A stretch of DNA of 64,000 nt from the NCBI GenBank assembly GCA_964402965.1, contig CAYODY010000001.1, positions 5,724 through 69,723 on the forward strand, read 5' to 3'. The first letter of the stretch is position 1. Each line of letters begins with the position of its first letter. The notes under the pieces are model-generated. The model searched no databases and was not told the DNA's origin. It worked only from the letters and a program-made list of their open reading frames with translations. This DNA is from an uncultured Candidatus Saccharibacteria bacterium (GTDB taxonomy: Bacteria > Patescibacteriota > Doudnabacteria > UBA920). The position numbers and the translations under genes were made by a program. Positions 38,001-46,643 of the stretch are shown here, piece by piece.

Positions 38001-39318
38001 CCGTTGTTACAACGATGCTCTAAATGGGGATAACCTAGAATTCATAAACTTAGAAGGTGATTTGCCAGCAAATGTTTACTGTATTGCATACAACATTGAA
38101 CAAATAGTGCCTTGTGAAGTTACTCCTATTTACGCGGTAAGTGGTGCAGCAACACAATTCCTTGGATTAAAAGAAGGTTCTGCTCCAACTGATTTGAAAA
38201 ACCCAGCAGATTATTCTGGTGGTTCAGCAGGTGCTGTCCCTGTAACTCCAACTGGTTATGCAGGAGCATGGGATGGTTCGGCTTTAGATCCTATTATGAC
38301 TGCCTTACCTGGAGCAGTTTACGTGAGCAATGACACGGTACAACCAACCTTTGGTGGTGGTGCAGGTCACGATGGTTCAGTGGATTCATGGAGACTGTTC
38401 AGCGATACCTTTACTATTCCAGCTGGTGCAACAGGAATATCTTCACCAAGTTTGCACTTTGCAGCGGATAATGAAGTTTCAGTATTCTTTGATGATGTCT
38501 TAATTGGTTCAAGCGCAAGCTTTGGTTCTGTAACCAGCGTTGCTCTTCCGTCACTAACACCAGGAACTCACACATTGAAGTTTGCTGTTAAGAATTACGC
38601 TTTTGACCAAACAAATAACCCAACAGGTGTTATCTATAAGTTAGATACAATTACATATGACTGTGATAGTCATGGCGACTCTCACCGCAACCTAGCTGGT
38701 ATGGTTTATTTGGATGAAGACCAGGATGAAACTAAAGATCCTGAAGAAAATCCAATAGAAGGTCTAACAGTTAAACTTATACGCGCTACTGCAGATGATG
38801 AAGATGAAGACTTGAATTTGGAAGAAGAAGAAATTGCTTCTGATGTCTCTGATGTAGATGGTAATTACTCATTTAGTGATGTAGCTGATGGATGTTATAT
38901 CCTACGTGAAGTCCCTGAATCTTACCAACAAACAGAACCTCCTGTAACACATGAGTATTATGTTAAAGTAGGGGATGCAGATTGTAACTTTAATCTAGTT
39001 ACTTTCGCAGACTACTTGTTTAAAACAGCTAACGCAGCTGACTCTTCTACAGTATTCGTTGCGTACACAGGACAACCACTAAACTTTGGAAACTTTTTGT
39101 CAGGTGGTTCTAATGGTGGTGGTTCAAGAGGCGGCTCTAGTGGAGGTTCTACTCCATTAAATCCACAAGTTTTGGGTGATACCACAACAGTACCTAGCGT
39201 ACTAGGAGCTACTACAGAGCTTCCTCGCACAGGTTCTCCAATCTCAGTACTATTCGTACTAATCACCCTGTTAAGTGGGGCAGTTTTGGCACCAAAAGTG
39301 CTTAAAATTACTCGTTAA
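35053..39318 (+). CDS. Large Cys-rich multidomain surface protein with LPRTG sorting signal
   Basis: Signal peptide; Ig/prealbumin-like and carbohydrate-binding-like segments; SdrD-B-like segment; C-terminus LPRTG + hydrophobic helix + basic tail. Confidence 0.9.
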   Translation: MKYMNNYESSPRSVSSYGTQAKPSFRDLALKSAVFVTAFSMVFSVFMPIAKTAQANHDPFNGQVFVKENKNHKVDICHAPEGQGGAKYNQQNVSIDSIVKNNGHDSHSSDVIPPFHYKEKNNSQNVISYSGKNWNSLNEAIWNADCKVAKLTLLKKVQGGDALATSWTLNADGPVDLSGATGTSAVSNKTVPAAQYTLSETGPSGYSASNWECVNKSTQPVAVTGGNIVTLTDSSEVTCTITNTFIDVEIDPCLLDNIVNEDCNPDPCDELTKNLLTNQVMDCNPCDLESAVNNPDCNPDPCDPNIVASKHDSESNNENDNCPKPKKRYLVIKKVWQGFEGEAGPSNKGEIQVNVNSDLDEEECDYDKKGEFSCKIRFTEGTTVSIDEENIPAGWTVDQSTVGDIVPNCDEDSEDDNVGPFKLFGKKDDKGDEDDKDDKDDKDCTHTIVNVYKPAEPCGTELVANGNFELPEVKDGANWEVFPSGTPGMGWSVNWVRESKDSPVPANMELHEGVNGWLAHSSNQYAELDSDWGGPSSNQNGEDASVVMYQDLITVPGGTYTVSLWTSPRPGQGNAQNKTEVKMGSTLLDTIIEDGSSNSNTVWTKHTYSFVAEESMTRLSITDLGVGNTLGGFVDDVSVKQDCLSNVTICKYDNTETPLSNWNVLLKGDLLETVTVNSNSSTGANSVNALESGQDYLVEVSGTWQNRTFETVDASYTTPDSWSTVLPAPQGGYPDDLLETQINGNFVNWGPYSSGHKYQLTMAGNGSTANFRVFDGDANTNTQFPDWFGDNIGSLTVKIYPVYQGITGVSGCVTLENVPYNSYKLDEIMQAGWENQSGQNTTSVVDSSTETFNLVNKCTGEECRQTKPQLHLIKVVCDDFSDIQGNYSADEYDDTNGNYVHFNNYPEFNNVVKPVNPEEIPSSESGCETRSGWSFTLSSDQNQDQDVQTVTTGESGEYVGDLPESGVLWVSEVMQKGYDFGAIRCYNDALNGDNLEFINLEGDLPANVYCIAYNIEQIVPCEVTPIYAVSGAATQFLGLKEGSAPTDLKNPADYSGGSAGAVPVTPTGYAGAWDGSALDPIMTALPGAVYVSNDTVQPTFGGGAGHDGSVDSWRLFSDTFTIPAGATGISSPSLHFAADNEVSVFFDDVLIGSSASFGSVTSVALPSLTPGTHTLKFAVKNYAFDQTNNPTGVIYKLDTITYDCDSHGDSHRNLAGMVYLDEDQDETKDPEENPIEGLTVKLIRATADDEDEDLNLEEEEIASDVSDVDGNYSFSDVADGCYILREVPESYQQTEPPVTHEYYVKVGDADCNFNLVTFADYLFKTANAADSSTVFVAYTGQPLNFGNFLSGGSNGGGSRGGSSGGSTPLNPQVLGDTTTVPSVLGATTELPRTGSPISVLFVLITLLSGAVLAPKVLKITR
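35803..35964 (+). repeat. Coding repeat of (D/N)PC...DC units
   Basis: GATTGTAAyCCA recurs three times; the protein reads DPC..DCNPDPC..DCNPC..DCNPDPCDP. Confidence 0.7.
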
Positions 39319-39360
39319 ACAGGTTGGCATGCATTGAAGCATGAAACTTAGCTAAAACTT

Positions 39361-39390
39361 AAAAAGGGCCCCCTAGAGGGGCTCTTTTTT
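39361..39390 (+). terminator. Rho-independent terminator
   Basis: AAAAAGGGCCCC-CTAGA-GGGGCTCTTTTTT. Confidence 0.85.
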
Positions 39391-39404
39391 GTTATACTAA
39401 AGAC

Positions 39405-40007
39405 ATGAAAACCTATTTTAAATACTTGGGGATTATACTCTTAGCTGTTGTTATTGTTTTCGTATTGCTAAATTTCGATTATTTTAAGAAACAACTGAGT
39501 TATATCTTAAGTAAACCTCAAACAAAACAAGACGACCAAGCGCTAAGTAATAGTGAGAATTTAAAAAGTATAATGGAGCAAAACTTCCTATCTATTCCTA
39601 GTTTAGATATAAAAGCTCCAATTAAATTTGTAACTCAAGCTAATGAAAAAGCTTTCCAAGAAGCTTTAATTGATGGTGTTGTTCAATTTCCGGGAACAGC
39701 TAAAGTTGGAACAGTTGGGAATACATATATTTTTGGTCATTCGTCAGACTTCGCTTTTAGTAAAGGAAAATATAAAACAGTGTTCGCACTACTACCAAGC
39801 ATAGACATAGGCGCGGAAATTATTGTTTCGGACGAATCTGGAAAGGCGTTTACGTATGAGGTGATTAAAAAATTTGTTGCAAGCAAGAAAGATGTGCATT
39901 TGCTGGACCAAAATACAAATGGTGAGAAAATTCTAACTGTTCAAACTTCGTACCCAATAGGAACTGCTTTACAGAGATATATTGTGGTTGCTAGGTTAAG
40001 AGAATAA
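39405..40007 (+). CDS. Sortase-family protein with Ser at the catalytic Cys position
   Basis: N-terminal TM; IPSLDIKAPI, GVVQFPGT, FGHSS and LTVQTSYPIGT...R motifs. Confidence 0.85.
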   Translation: MKTYFKYLGIILLAVVIVFVLLNFDYFKKQLSYILSKPQTKQDDQALSNSENLKSIMEQNFLSIPSLDIKAPIKFVTQANEKAFQEALIDGVVQFPGTAKVGTVGNTYIFGHSSDFAFSKGKYKTVFALLPSIDIGAEIIVSDESGKAFTYEVIKKFVASKKDVHLLDQNTNGEKILTVQTSYPIGTALQRYIVVARLRE

Positions 40008-40092
40008 TCGCATATATAAGCCATTTTTTGGTTTTCCATGAATGGAATTTGCAAAAACCTTAGGAAAACCCTTGACATCTCCTGAAAAATCC

Positions 40093-40121
40093 TTGATTTT
40101 ACTGGGAAATTTGTATATTAT
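40093..40121 (+). promoter_or_regulatory. Probable promoter of hup
   Basis: TTGATT-17 bp-TATTAT. Confidence 0.55.
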
Positions 40122-40201
40122 GAATTCGTAATCAATTTTCCTTTGGAAAAAACATTAAACAAATCCGTAGCCTAATGGGCGCAGGATTTAAGGATACAAA
40201 C

Positions 40202-40474
40202 ATGACTAAGTCAGAGACTCTAGTAGCCTTGGCAGAAACAACTGGCAAGACAAAAAAAGAAGTAGTAGAAATGTTAGATGCAATCGTTGCATTGGCATAC
40301 AAAGAAACTAAGAAGAGTGGTGAATTCACAATTCCTGGTCTAGGTAAGTTGAAGAAGAAACACCGTGATGCACGTCAAGGACGTAACCCAGCAACTGGTG
40401 AAACTATCCAAATTGCTGCTAAGACAGTTATTAAATTCACTGTTGCTAAAGCTGCTAAGGACGCTATCCTTTAA
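40202..40474 (+). CDS. hup: DNA-binding protein HU
   Basis: MTKSE, IPGLGK and R.GRNPATGE.I.I motifs; start revised to 40202. Confidence 0.95.
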   Translation: MTKSETLVALAETTGKTKKEVVEMLDAIVALAYKETKKSGEFTIPGLGKLKKKHRDARQGRNPATGETIQIAAKTVIKFTVAKAAKDAIL

Positions 40475-40480
40475 TTTTCA

Positions 40481-40595
40481 GATAAAACAAAAAAAGACTA
40501 CATTCCACGAAAACAAGCTTCGCTACATTTGCTCGGCTCACGCCAGCAAATTGGGCTCAGATAGTTTTCTTAGGAATTAGTCTTTTTTGTTTATC
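40481..40595. repeat. 115-bp inverted-repeat element with nested hairpins
   Basis: Terminal arms GATAAAACAAAAAAAGACTA / TAGTCTTTTTTGTTTATC; inner stems ATTCC/GGAAT, GAAAAC/GTTTTC and ATTTGCT/AGCAAAT. Confidence 0.65.
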
Positions 40596-40618
40596 AAAGT
40601 GAAAGAAAAAACTAAAAT

Positions 40619-40644
40619 AAAACCTCGCACAGTGCGAGGTTTTT
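40619..40644. terminator. Bidirectional terminator between convergent hup and the response regulator
   Basis: AAAACCTCGCA-CAG-TGCGAGGTTTT. Confidence 0.8.
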
Positions 40645-41134
40645 AATCAGTAAGAGGGGACATTGGTGTTGTCTTCGGTGGTGGATCTGTTGGTGTTGGC
40701 GTTGTTGGTGAAGTAGTTACTGGTTCAATGGCTTGGTTTGGGTTTGCCAGTACTTCATTTATCTTTTTAAGGATTTCCTCAGTGGTAAAGTATGCCTTCA
40801 CCAGGTAAGCCTGCACATTGAGGGCTTTTGTTTTGAGAATGTCTTTATTGCTCCAAAGGTTAGAAAGGACAATAATTGGAGTTTTGGCAACAGCAGTATC
40901 TTTATGGTGGCGAATCTTTTCAAGGACTTGAAAACCGTCTACTTCAGGAAGCATAAGGTCTAGGAGGACAATATCTGGTTTTTCAGCAATAATAAGGTCA
41001 ATTCCTTGTTGACCATCTTCTGCTTCTTTAACATCAAAGCCGTTAGCGGAGAGTTTGTGGACAACAATTTCACGCATAGCCACATCGTCTTCTACCATAA
41101 CAACTTTAATTTGTTTTGGTGATTGCTCAGCCAT
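40643..41134 (-). CDS. Stand-alone response regulator receiver with Pro/Thr-rich tail
   Basis: VEDD, LLDLMLP..DG, LSN and LVK motifs; no output domain. Confidence 0.92.
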   Translation of the reverse strand: MAEQSPKQIKVVMVEDDVAMREIVVHKLSANGFDVKEAEDGQQGIDLIIAEKPDIVLLDLMLPEVDGFQVLEKIRHHKDTAVAKTPIIVLSNLWSNKDILKTKALNVQAYLVKAYFTTEEILKKINEVLANPNQAIEPVTTSPTTPTPTDPPPKTTPMSPLTD

Positions 41135-41252
41135 TTTATTTCGTATAGTTAGGCTCTACTTTTGCGTATGTGCATAAGTGAACTTTAAGTAACTAATTAA
41201 AGTATAGCATGATTTATAAAAATACCGTATAATTTAGGTAGAAATTCATATC

Positions 41253-42173
41253 ATGAACTGGTTTTTAATTGCATTACTAAATCCAATACTTCACGCGTTT
41301 ATCAATCACTTTGATAAGTATTTATTGTCTAAGTACATTAAAGGTGGTACTGTTGGCGCATTAATATTATTTTCGGCACTTTTCGCCGTCGTAGCTTTGC
41401 CTGTAATTTTTTTCATTAATCCACAGGTATTGAGTTCAGTAAGTTTTTGGCAAGGATTAATTCTAATGCTGAATGGCGCGCTTCTAACAGTTGCCATTCT
41501 TTTTTATTTGTATGCATTAGATACAGATGAAGCTTCGTATGTTGCACCGTTCTTTCAACTCGTACCTGTTTTCGGGTTCATTACAGGGTTTTTAATTTTA
41601 GGAGAAGTGCTAACATCTCAACAAGTTGTTGCTGGATTGGTTATTCTTGCGGGAAGTTTTTTGCTCTCCTTAGAATTAAACGAGGGTAAAACAAGAATTA
41701 AGAAAAAAATGGTTTTGTTGATGCTTGGCTCATCATTTTTTTATGCCATAAACGCAGTAATATTTAAATCCATCGCAGTACATCAAGGGTTTCTGGATTC
41801 TTTGTTTTGGGATATGGCAGGAAAGTTTTTATTTGGTGTAATTTTGTATTTCGCTGTTGCGTCGTATAGAAAAGAATTTATCCATTTAATCAAAGTAAGT
41901 GGAAAAGCAGTAATCTCGTTAAACGTTTTTAATGAAATAATTGGTTTAATAGGGGAGTTTGCTCTGATTTTCGCAGTTTTGTATGCACCGGTGGCGTTAG
42001 TGCAATCTGTTAGTGGTATGCAACCAGCGTTTGTATTAATCATCGGCGTATTTTTAACTGTATTTTCCCCGAAGTTTGCAGAAGAATCTTTGACCCGAAA
42101 GTTTTTAGCTCAAAAGATTCTAGGAATAGTTATAATTACCATTGGTGTTTATCTATTAGAATTTTCAATTTAA
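41253..42173 (+). CDS. EamA/DMT-family transporter
   Basis: About 10 TM segments; EASYVAPFFQLVPVF...LGE motif and two-repeat architecture. Confidence 0.85.
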   Translation: MNWFLIALLNPILHAFINHFDKYLLSKYIKGGTVGALILFSALFAVVALPVIFFINPQVLSSVSFWQGLILMLNGALLTVAILFYLYALDTDEASYVAPFFQLVPVFGFITGFLILGEVLTSQQVVAGLVILAGSFLLSLELNEGKTRIKKKMVLLMLGSSFFYAINAVIFKSIAVHQGFLDSLFWDMAGKFLFGVILYFAVASYRKEFIHLIKVSGKAVISLNVFNEIIGLIGEFALIFAVLYAPVALVQSVSGMQPAFVLIIGVFLTVFSPKFAEESLTRKFLAQKILGIVIITIGVYLLEFSI

Positions 42174-42182
42174 CAGATATCT

Positions 42183-43091
42183 ATGCTGCCTAAATTTCCA
42201 GTATTCAAAAAATTAGAACTTAGTGACCAAATAGACATCGAAAAAATTACATCAAAATATCAACCTTATTCCGATTTTGATTTTTTTAGTATGTGGTCTT
42301 GGGATGTACTTGGAACTTACAGGATTTCTGAGTTGAACGGGAATTTAGTAGTAGTACTTCTAGACCACTTTACAAATGATCCTGTCTACTCATTTATAGG
42401 TAATAATCAATCAGAAAAAACAATTAAGCAACTCTTCGCTTTTTTTGAAATTATTGATAACCCTACTCCTGTAATGAAATTAATCCCTGAAATTTCTCTC
42501 CAGGATGTAAACTTTAAAAAATACCTCATAGAAATTGATTTAAATAATTACGACTATGTTTATAGTACAATGGAGTTATCAACCTATGAAGGATCTAAAT
42601 TCAGCGGGAAAAGAAAATTATCGAATAGATTTTTTAAAAACCATAATAACGTTGAATTGAAATTGCATGATTTAAAATCAGATTTTGTTAAGTCTGAAAT
42701 AATTAATTTTTCAAAATATTGGAAAAGCCAAAAGACAACGGAAGTTGATGGGTTGGATTTACAAAAAGAATTGACTGCGATTCAGAGGTTTTTGGATGCT
42801 AATTTCGAAGAATCGTTTTGCACTCTTTTGTATGCTGATCAAAAAATGGTTGGGTATCAATTATTTACTCCGTCAACGCACGGATATGCAATTTGCCACT
42901 TCGGTAAATCAGACGTTAATTTTAATGGGGCCTTTGAATATATGATGAGTGAAAGTTGCAAATTGCTGGTTAATAAAAATATACAATTCCTTAATACAGA
43001 AGAAGATTTGGGAATACAGCAGCTGAGGTTTACCAAAAATTCATATCATCCAATTACACTACTCAGGAAATACACAATCAAAACCTTGTAA
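42183..43091 (+). CDS. DUF2156 / phosphatidylglycerol lysyltransferase-like (aminoacyl-tRNA-dependent GNAT-fold) soluble protein
   Basis: SDFDF..M.SW, DYVY...L....G......R, HFGK and N.EEDLGI..LR..K.SY.P motifs. Confidence 0.8.
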   Translation: MLPKFPVFKKLELSDQIDIEKITSKYQPYSDFDFFSMWSWDVLGTYRISELNGNLVVVLLDHFTNDPVYSFIGNNQSEKTIKQLFAFFEIIDNPTPVMKLIPEISLQDVNFKKYLIEIDLNNYDYVYSTMELSTYEGSKFSGKRKLSNRFFKNHNNVELKLHDLKSDFVKSEIINFSKYWKSQKTTEVDGLDLQKELTAIQRFLDANFEESFCTLLYADQKMVGYQLFTPSTHGYAICHFGKSDVNFNGAFEYMMSESCKLLVNKNIQFLNTEEDLGIQQLRFTKNSYHPITLLRKYTIKTL

Positions 43092-43127
43092 ATCATGATA
43101 TAATTTATATGTCAATATTAAAAAAAT

Positions 43128-43955
43128 ATGATAAAAGACTTTTTTAAGCAATTTATTGATAGTAAATGGACTAAGATACTATCCGCGATATTCGCCATAC
43201 TAGTAATATGGTGGATAACTATATTCGCCAGAGGGTTAGAAGAAGGGTTTGAAAATGACTATTTCACCTTAGCTTACCCAATTTTGGCTTTAATGGGTGG
43301 AGTTGCTGGTTTGGTGTTCGCAAGAAAATGGGGTGGATTTAAGAGTAAATTAGGAATGTCCATTTATATGTTTTCTTTTGGTTTGCTTGCACAATTTTTT
43401 GGACAATTACTCTACAGTTATTATATCTTCATTTTAGGTGTAGAAGTTCCATATCCTTCATTAGGTGATGCAAGCTATTTGGCAAGCGTAGTGTTCTATA
43501 TATTTGGTTCTTACGAACTTGCAAAAGTCAGTGGGATTAAACTTAGTTTTAAATCAATTTCTGGAAAATTAAAGTCATTCGGAATACCATTATTAATTCT
43601 TGTAGTATCTTATTTGGTATTAATGAAAGATTATGATTTTACTTCTGCTACACCGCTCTTGTTATTTTTCGACTTTGGATTCCCAATCGGCCAAGCAATC
43701 TATGTTTCTTTCGCAATATTGGCACTACTAATATCTAAAGATATTCTTGGCGGTATGATGCGAAAACCAATTATGCTTTTGATTCTCGCCTTGATATTGC
43801 AATTCATCTCAGATTTCTCGTTCTCTTATCAGTTTAGCCAAGGTGTGGTCTACACTGGAGACATCCTAGACTTACTTTACTGTACATCTTACTTCCTCAT
43901 GGCAATATCACTATTCTCAATAGGAAATATGTTCTATAAAGTTCAAGAATCCTAA
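43128..43955 (+). CDS. Multi-pass (7-8 TM) membrane protein resembling a stand-alone membrane sensor domain
   Basis: Almost entirely hydrophobic; PYPSLGDASYL motif; intramembrane Asp residues; no cytoplasmic domain. Confidence 0.7.
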   Translation: MIKDFFKQFIDSKWTKILSAIFAILVIWWITIFARGLEEGFENDYFTLAYPILALMGGVAGLVFARKWGGFKSKLGMSIYMFSFGLLAQFFGQLLYSYYIFILGVEVPYPSLGDASYLASVVFYIFGSYELAKVSGIKLSFKSISGKLKSFGIPLLILVVSYLVLMKDYDFTSATPLLLFFDFGFPIGQAIYVSFAILALLISKDILGGMMRKPIMLLILALILQFISDFSFSYQFSQGVVYTGDILDLLYCTSYFLMAISLFSIGNMFYKVQES

Positions 43956-43966
43956 GTAAAACAAAC

Positions 43967-44272
43967 ATGGAAACTCTCACAAAAACAATGACAATTTTTG
44001 ATCAAATTTCAGTAAGAATAATCAAAGAGCAAGAACTTGTAATTGGACCATTAGCATGGGACGAAGCCAAAAAAGTTTCAGGTTTAACTGTGGTGGATCA
44101 AGCTAAAGGGGAAGTTACTATGGACGGAGATCCAAAAGTTATCCTAAATAGTTTAGTTGCCCAATACTCCAAACTGTTTGGTCGTGTATCTGCAGAAGTC
44201 TGTAAAGATGCGGTTCAAGATATTATCGCCGAACTTCCACAAGACCAAGTACCAGATAGCCTTAAAGCATAA
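43967..44272 (+). CDS. Small helical hypothetical protein
   Basis: 101-aa ORF 11 nt downstream of the membrane protein; IIKEQELVIGPLA...LFG motifs. Confidence 0.75.
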   Translation: METLTKTMTIFDQISVRIIKEQELVIGPLAWDEAKKVSGLTVVDQAKGEVTMDGDPKVILNSLVAQYSKLFGRVSAEVCKDAVQDIIAELPQDQVPDSLKA

Positions 44273-44338
44273 TAGAGGCACTAGCTAATTTCGGCGACTT
44301 CACTACTGAATAGCCATATAACGCAAATAAAAACTAAA

Positions 44339-45730
44339 ATGCCACCACAAACTGCATCCAACAGCAATTTGGAAGAGATTAACAAAGAAATTTACAAGCA
44401 TAGCCTTGAGCTGGCTATTGTAAATAAAACTTTATCTCTTTTAAAAAAGCTCTACCAAATTAGTCTTTTAACACTTAACCCGGCATCTCTTTCCGAAAAA
44501 GTTTCGGATACAGTCCGGGTTGATTTAAATATGGAAGCCGTTGGTGTGTTTTTGTATAACACAGAAAAAGATTTTCTTACTCCTTTTAAATTTGCTAAAT
44601 CAGATAGATTCACGAAAACTTTAGATAAAAATAAAGTTAAACTTGATGAGGTTTTAATAGAAAAAGCATGTACAAATGACTTTTTAAAAAGCATCCTTTC
44701 AGAAAAAAAACTTGCTGAAACTTCTAACCTTTCGGATGTGTGGAATGGAGTGGTGGATACAAAACAACTTCATGCTATTTCGAATGAATCACATATTAAA
44801 ACATTATTACTCTACCCATTGGTTGCACAAGATAAAGTAATTGGTTTGCTAATTTTAGCGCTAAACCGAGAGTACGAAATTTTAAGTAATTACGAAAAAG
44901 ATTCTATTAATAGCTTTAACGATGTAGTCGCAGTTGCTTTGGACAAAGCGTTAATTTATGAACAGTTGCAAGAAGCAAATAAACAATTGTTGGCGCTAGA
45001 CAAAGCTCGCGCTGAATTCATCTCTATTGCTAGTCATCAACTGCGTACACCTCCTGCCACCATTAAATGGTACTTGGGGTCTGTATTGGCTGGCGACTTT
45101 GGTGAACTGTCAGAAGAACTTTCCGCCGCGCTTAAACGTACCAATGTAACGAACGATGCGCAAATTGCAACGATTGATGATCTTCTAAACGCCTCTCGCA
45201 TTGAACGTGGCAAACTTGAATTCTTCTTCGAAGAAAACCCACTTGAACCTATAGTCTCATCTTTGGTAGAACAAATGCAACCTCTTGCTCAAATGAAAAA
45301 GCAGTCCATAGAATACACTCCTCCAAGCGGGAAACTTCCTAACATTTTAATGGACAAAGAAAAGATTCGTCAGGTCATAAATAACATGATAGACAACTCC
45401 ATTAAATACTCCAAAGCTGGGCCAATTAAAGCAGTTCTAAAACAAGAGAAAGAAAATCTTGTTGTGAGCGTTACAGATACTGGAAAAGGAATTGCCAAAG
45501 CTGAGCTTAATACTATTTTTGAAAAGTACAAACGAGGCAATGACTCCGTCACACATGCTACCGGTCTGGGATTGGGTATGTATGTTGCCAAAGTTATTGT
45601 AGAGCAGCACAATGGCCGTATTTGGGCGGAAAGCCCTGGAGTAGGGCTTGGGTCCACTTTTAGCTTTAGCCTCCCAATTCATAGCGAATTAACGGCTACT
45701 ACGGTGGATTTAGCCTCCCAAATTGCCTAG
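44339..45730 (+). CDS. Soluble GAF-domain sensor histidine kinase
   Basis: GAF-like segment (LLYPL...VIGLL); H-box SHQLRTP; N-box DNSIKY; DTGKGI and GLGLG motifs; no TM segment. Confidence 0.93.
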   Translation: MPPQTASNSNLEEINKEIYKHSLELAIVNKTLSLLKKLYQISLLTLNPASLSEKVSDTVRVDLNMEAVGVFLYNTEKDFLTPFKFAKSDRFTKTLDKNKVKLDEVLIEKACTNDFLKSILSEKKLAETSNLSDVWNGVVDTKQLHAISNESHIKTLLLYPLVAQDKVIGLLILALNREYEILSNYEKDSINSFNDVVAVALDKALIYEQLQEANKQLLALDKARAEFISIASHQLRTPPATIKWYLGSVLAGDFGELSEELSAALKRTNVTNDAQIATIDDLLNASRIERGKLEFFFEENPLEPIVSSLVEQMQPLAQMKKQSIEYTPPSGKLPNILMDKEKIRQVINNMIDNSIKYSKAGPIKAVLKQEKENLVVSVTDTGKGIAKAELNTIFEKYKRGNDSVTHATGLGLGMYVAKVIVEQHNGRIWAESPGVGLGSTFSFSLPIHSELTATTVDLASQIA

Positions 45731-45783
45731 CTTGCCAACGGAAAAACGACTCAAACTCAAATTCAATATGATATACTAAACCT

Positions 45784-46638
45784 ATGGTAAAAAAGACATT
45801 TGCTATAGGGTTTTTAATTATTTTCTTACTTGGTGGACTCGGACTTTGGCGAGTGTACCGGTCTTATGAAAATCGTAAAGCAGAGGCTTTGGCGCGAATG
45901 CAAGCGAAGGTTGCAGAAGTTACAGTTACTACAATTGAGGGCTGGAGCAATGTAGAAGTTGCGGAATATTTAGAAAAGCAAGGCTTGTTTTCAAAGAGTG
46001 AATTTTTATCTGCTTTAAACAAATTCGACACATCGAAATTCCCATTAGTTCATGCAAGACCTGCAAATACAAGTTTGGAAGGTTATCTTTTTCCAGATAC
46101 GTACCGATTTAGTAAAGATGTAAAACCTGAAGAGGTGATTTCAAAAATGCTTGCGAATTTTTCATCCAGATTAGAAACTATTGGCGTTAGTTCAACAGAC
46201 ATTGCAAGTAATCAAAAATTTAATGGCTTGTCTTTGTACGAAGTAGTAACTTTGGCATCTATTGTCGAAAAAGAGAGCGGTGGAAAAGGTGCAGTGAGTG
46301 GAACGCTTTCTTTGCAAGATGAACGCAATCTTGTTGCAGGGGTTTTCTTTAACAGATTAAAAATCGGCCAAGCTTTGGAAAGTGATGCCACTATTAACTA
46401 CATAACAGGTAAAAACAATCCTTCTCCTTTGTTTAAAGATTTAGAAGTTAACTCAGCGTATAACACCTATAAAAACCCTGGTCTACCTCCAGGGCCAATT
46501 TGTAATCCATCTTTAGGTAGTATTCGTGCTGTGCTAAGTCCTGCTAAAACAGATTATATGTATTTCCAGCATGCGCAACCAAGTGGAAAAGTAGATTTTA
46601 GTAAAACTTTCCAAGAGCACGTTAGTAAAAAACAATAG
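45784..46638 (+). CDS. mltG: Endolytic transglycosylase MltG (YceG family)
   Basis: LEGYLFPDTY, LASIVEKE, VF.NRL and YNTYKNPGLPPGPICNP motifs. Confidence 0.95.
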   Translation: MVKKTFAIGFLIIFLLGGLGLWRVYRSYENRKAEALARMQAKVAEVTVTTIEGWSNVEVAEYLEKQGLFSKSEFLSALNKFDTSKFPLVHARPANTSLEGYLFPDTYRFSKDVKPEEVISKMLANFSSRLETIGVSSTDIASNQKFNGLSLYEVVTLASIVEKESGGKGAVSGTLSLQDERNLVAGVFFNRLKIGQALESDATINYITGKNNPSPLFKDLEVNSAYNTYKNPGLPPGPICNPSLGSIRAVLSPAKTDYMYFQHAQPSGKVDFSKTFQEHVSKKQ

Positions 46639-46643
46639 AAAAA

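Noticed and set aside
40105-40128. TGTATATTATG resembles the dif core
   Set aside because: The XerC/XerD arms do not match, and the sequence is explained as the hup -10 region.
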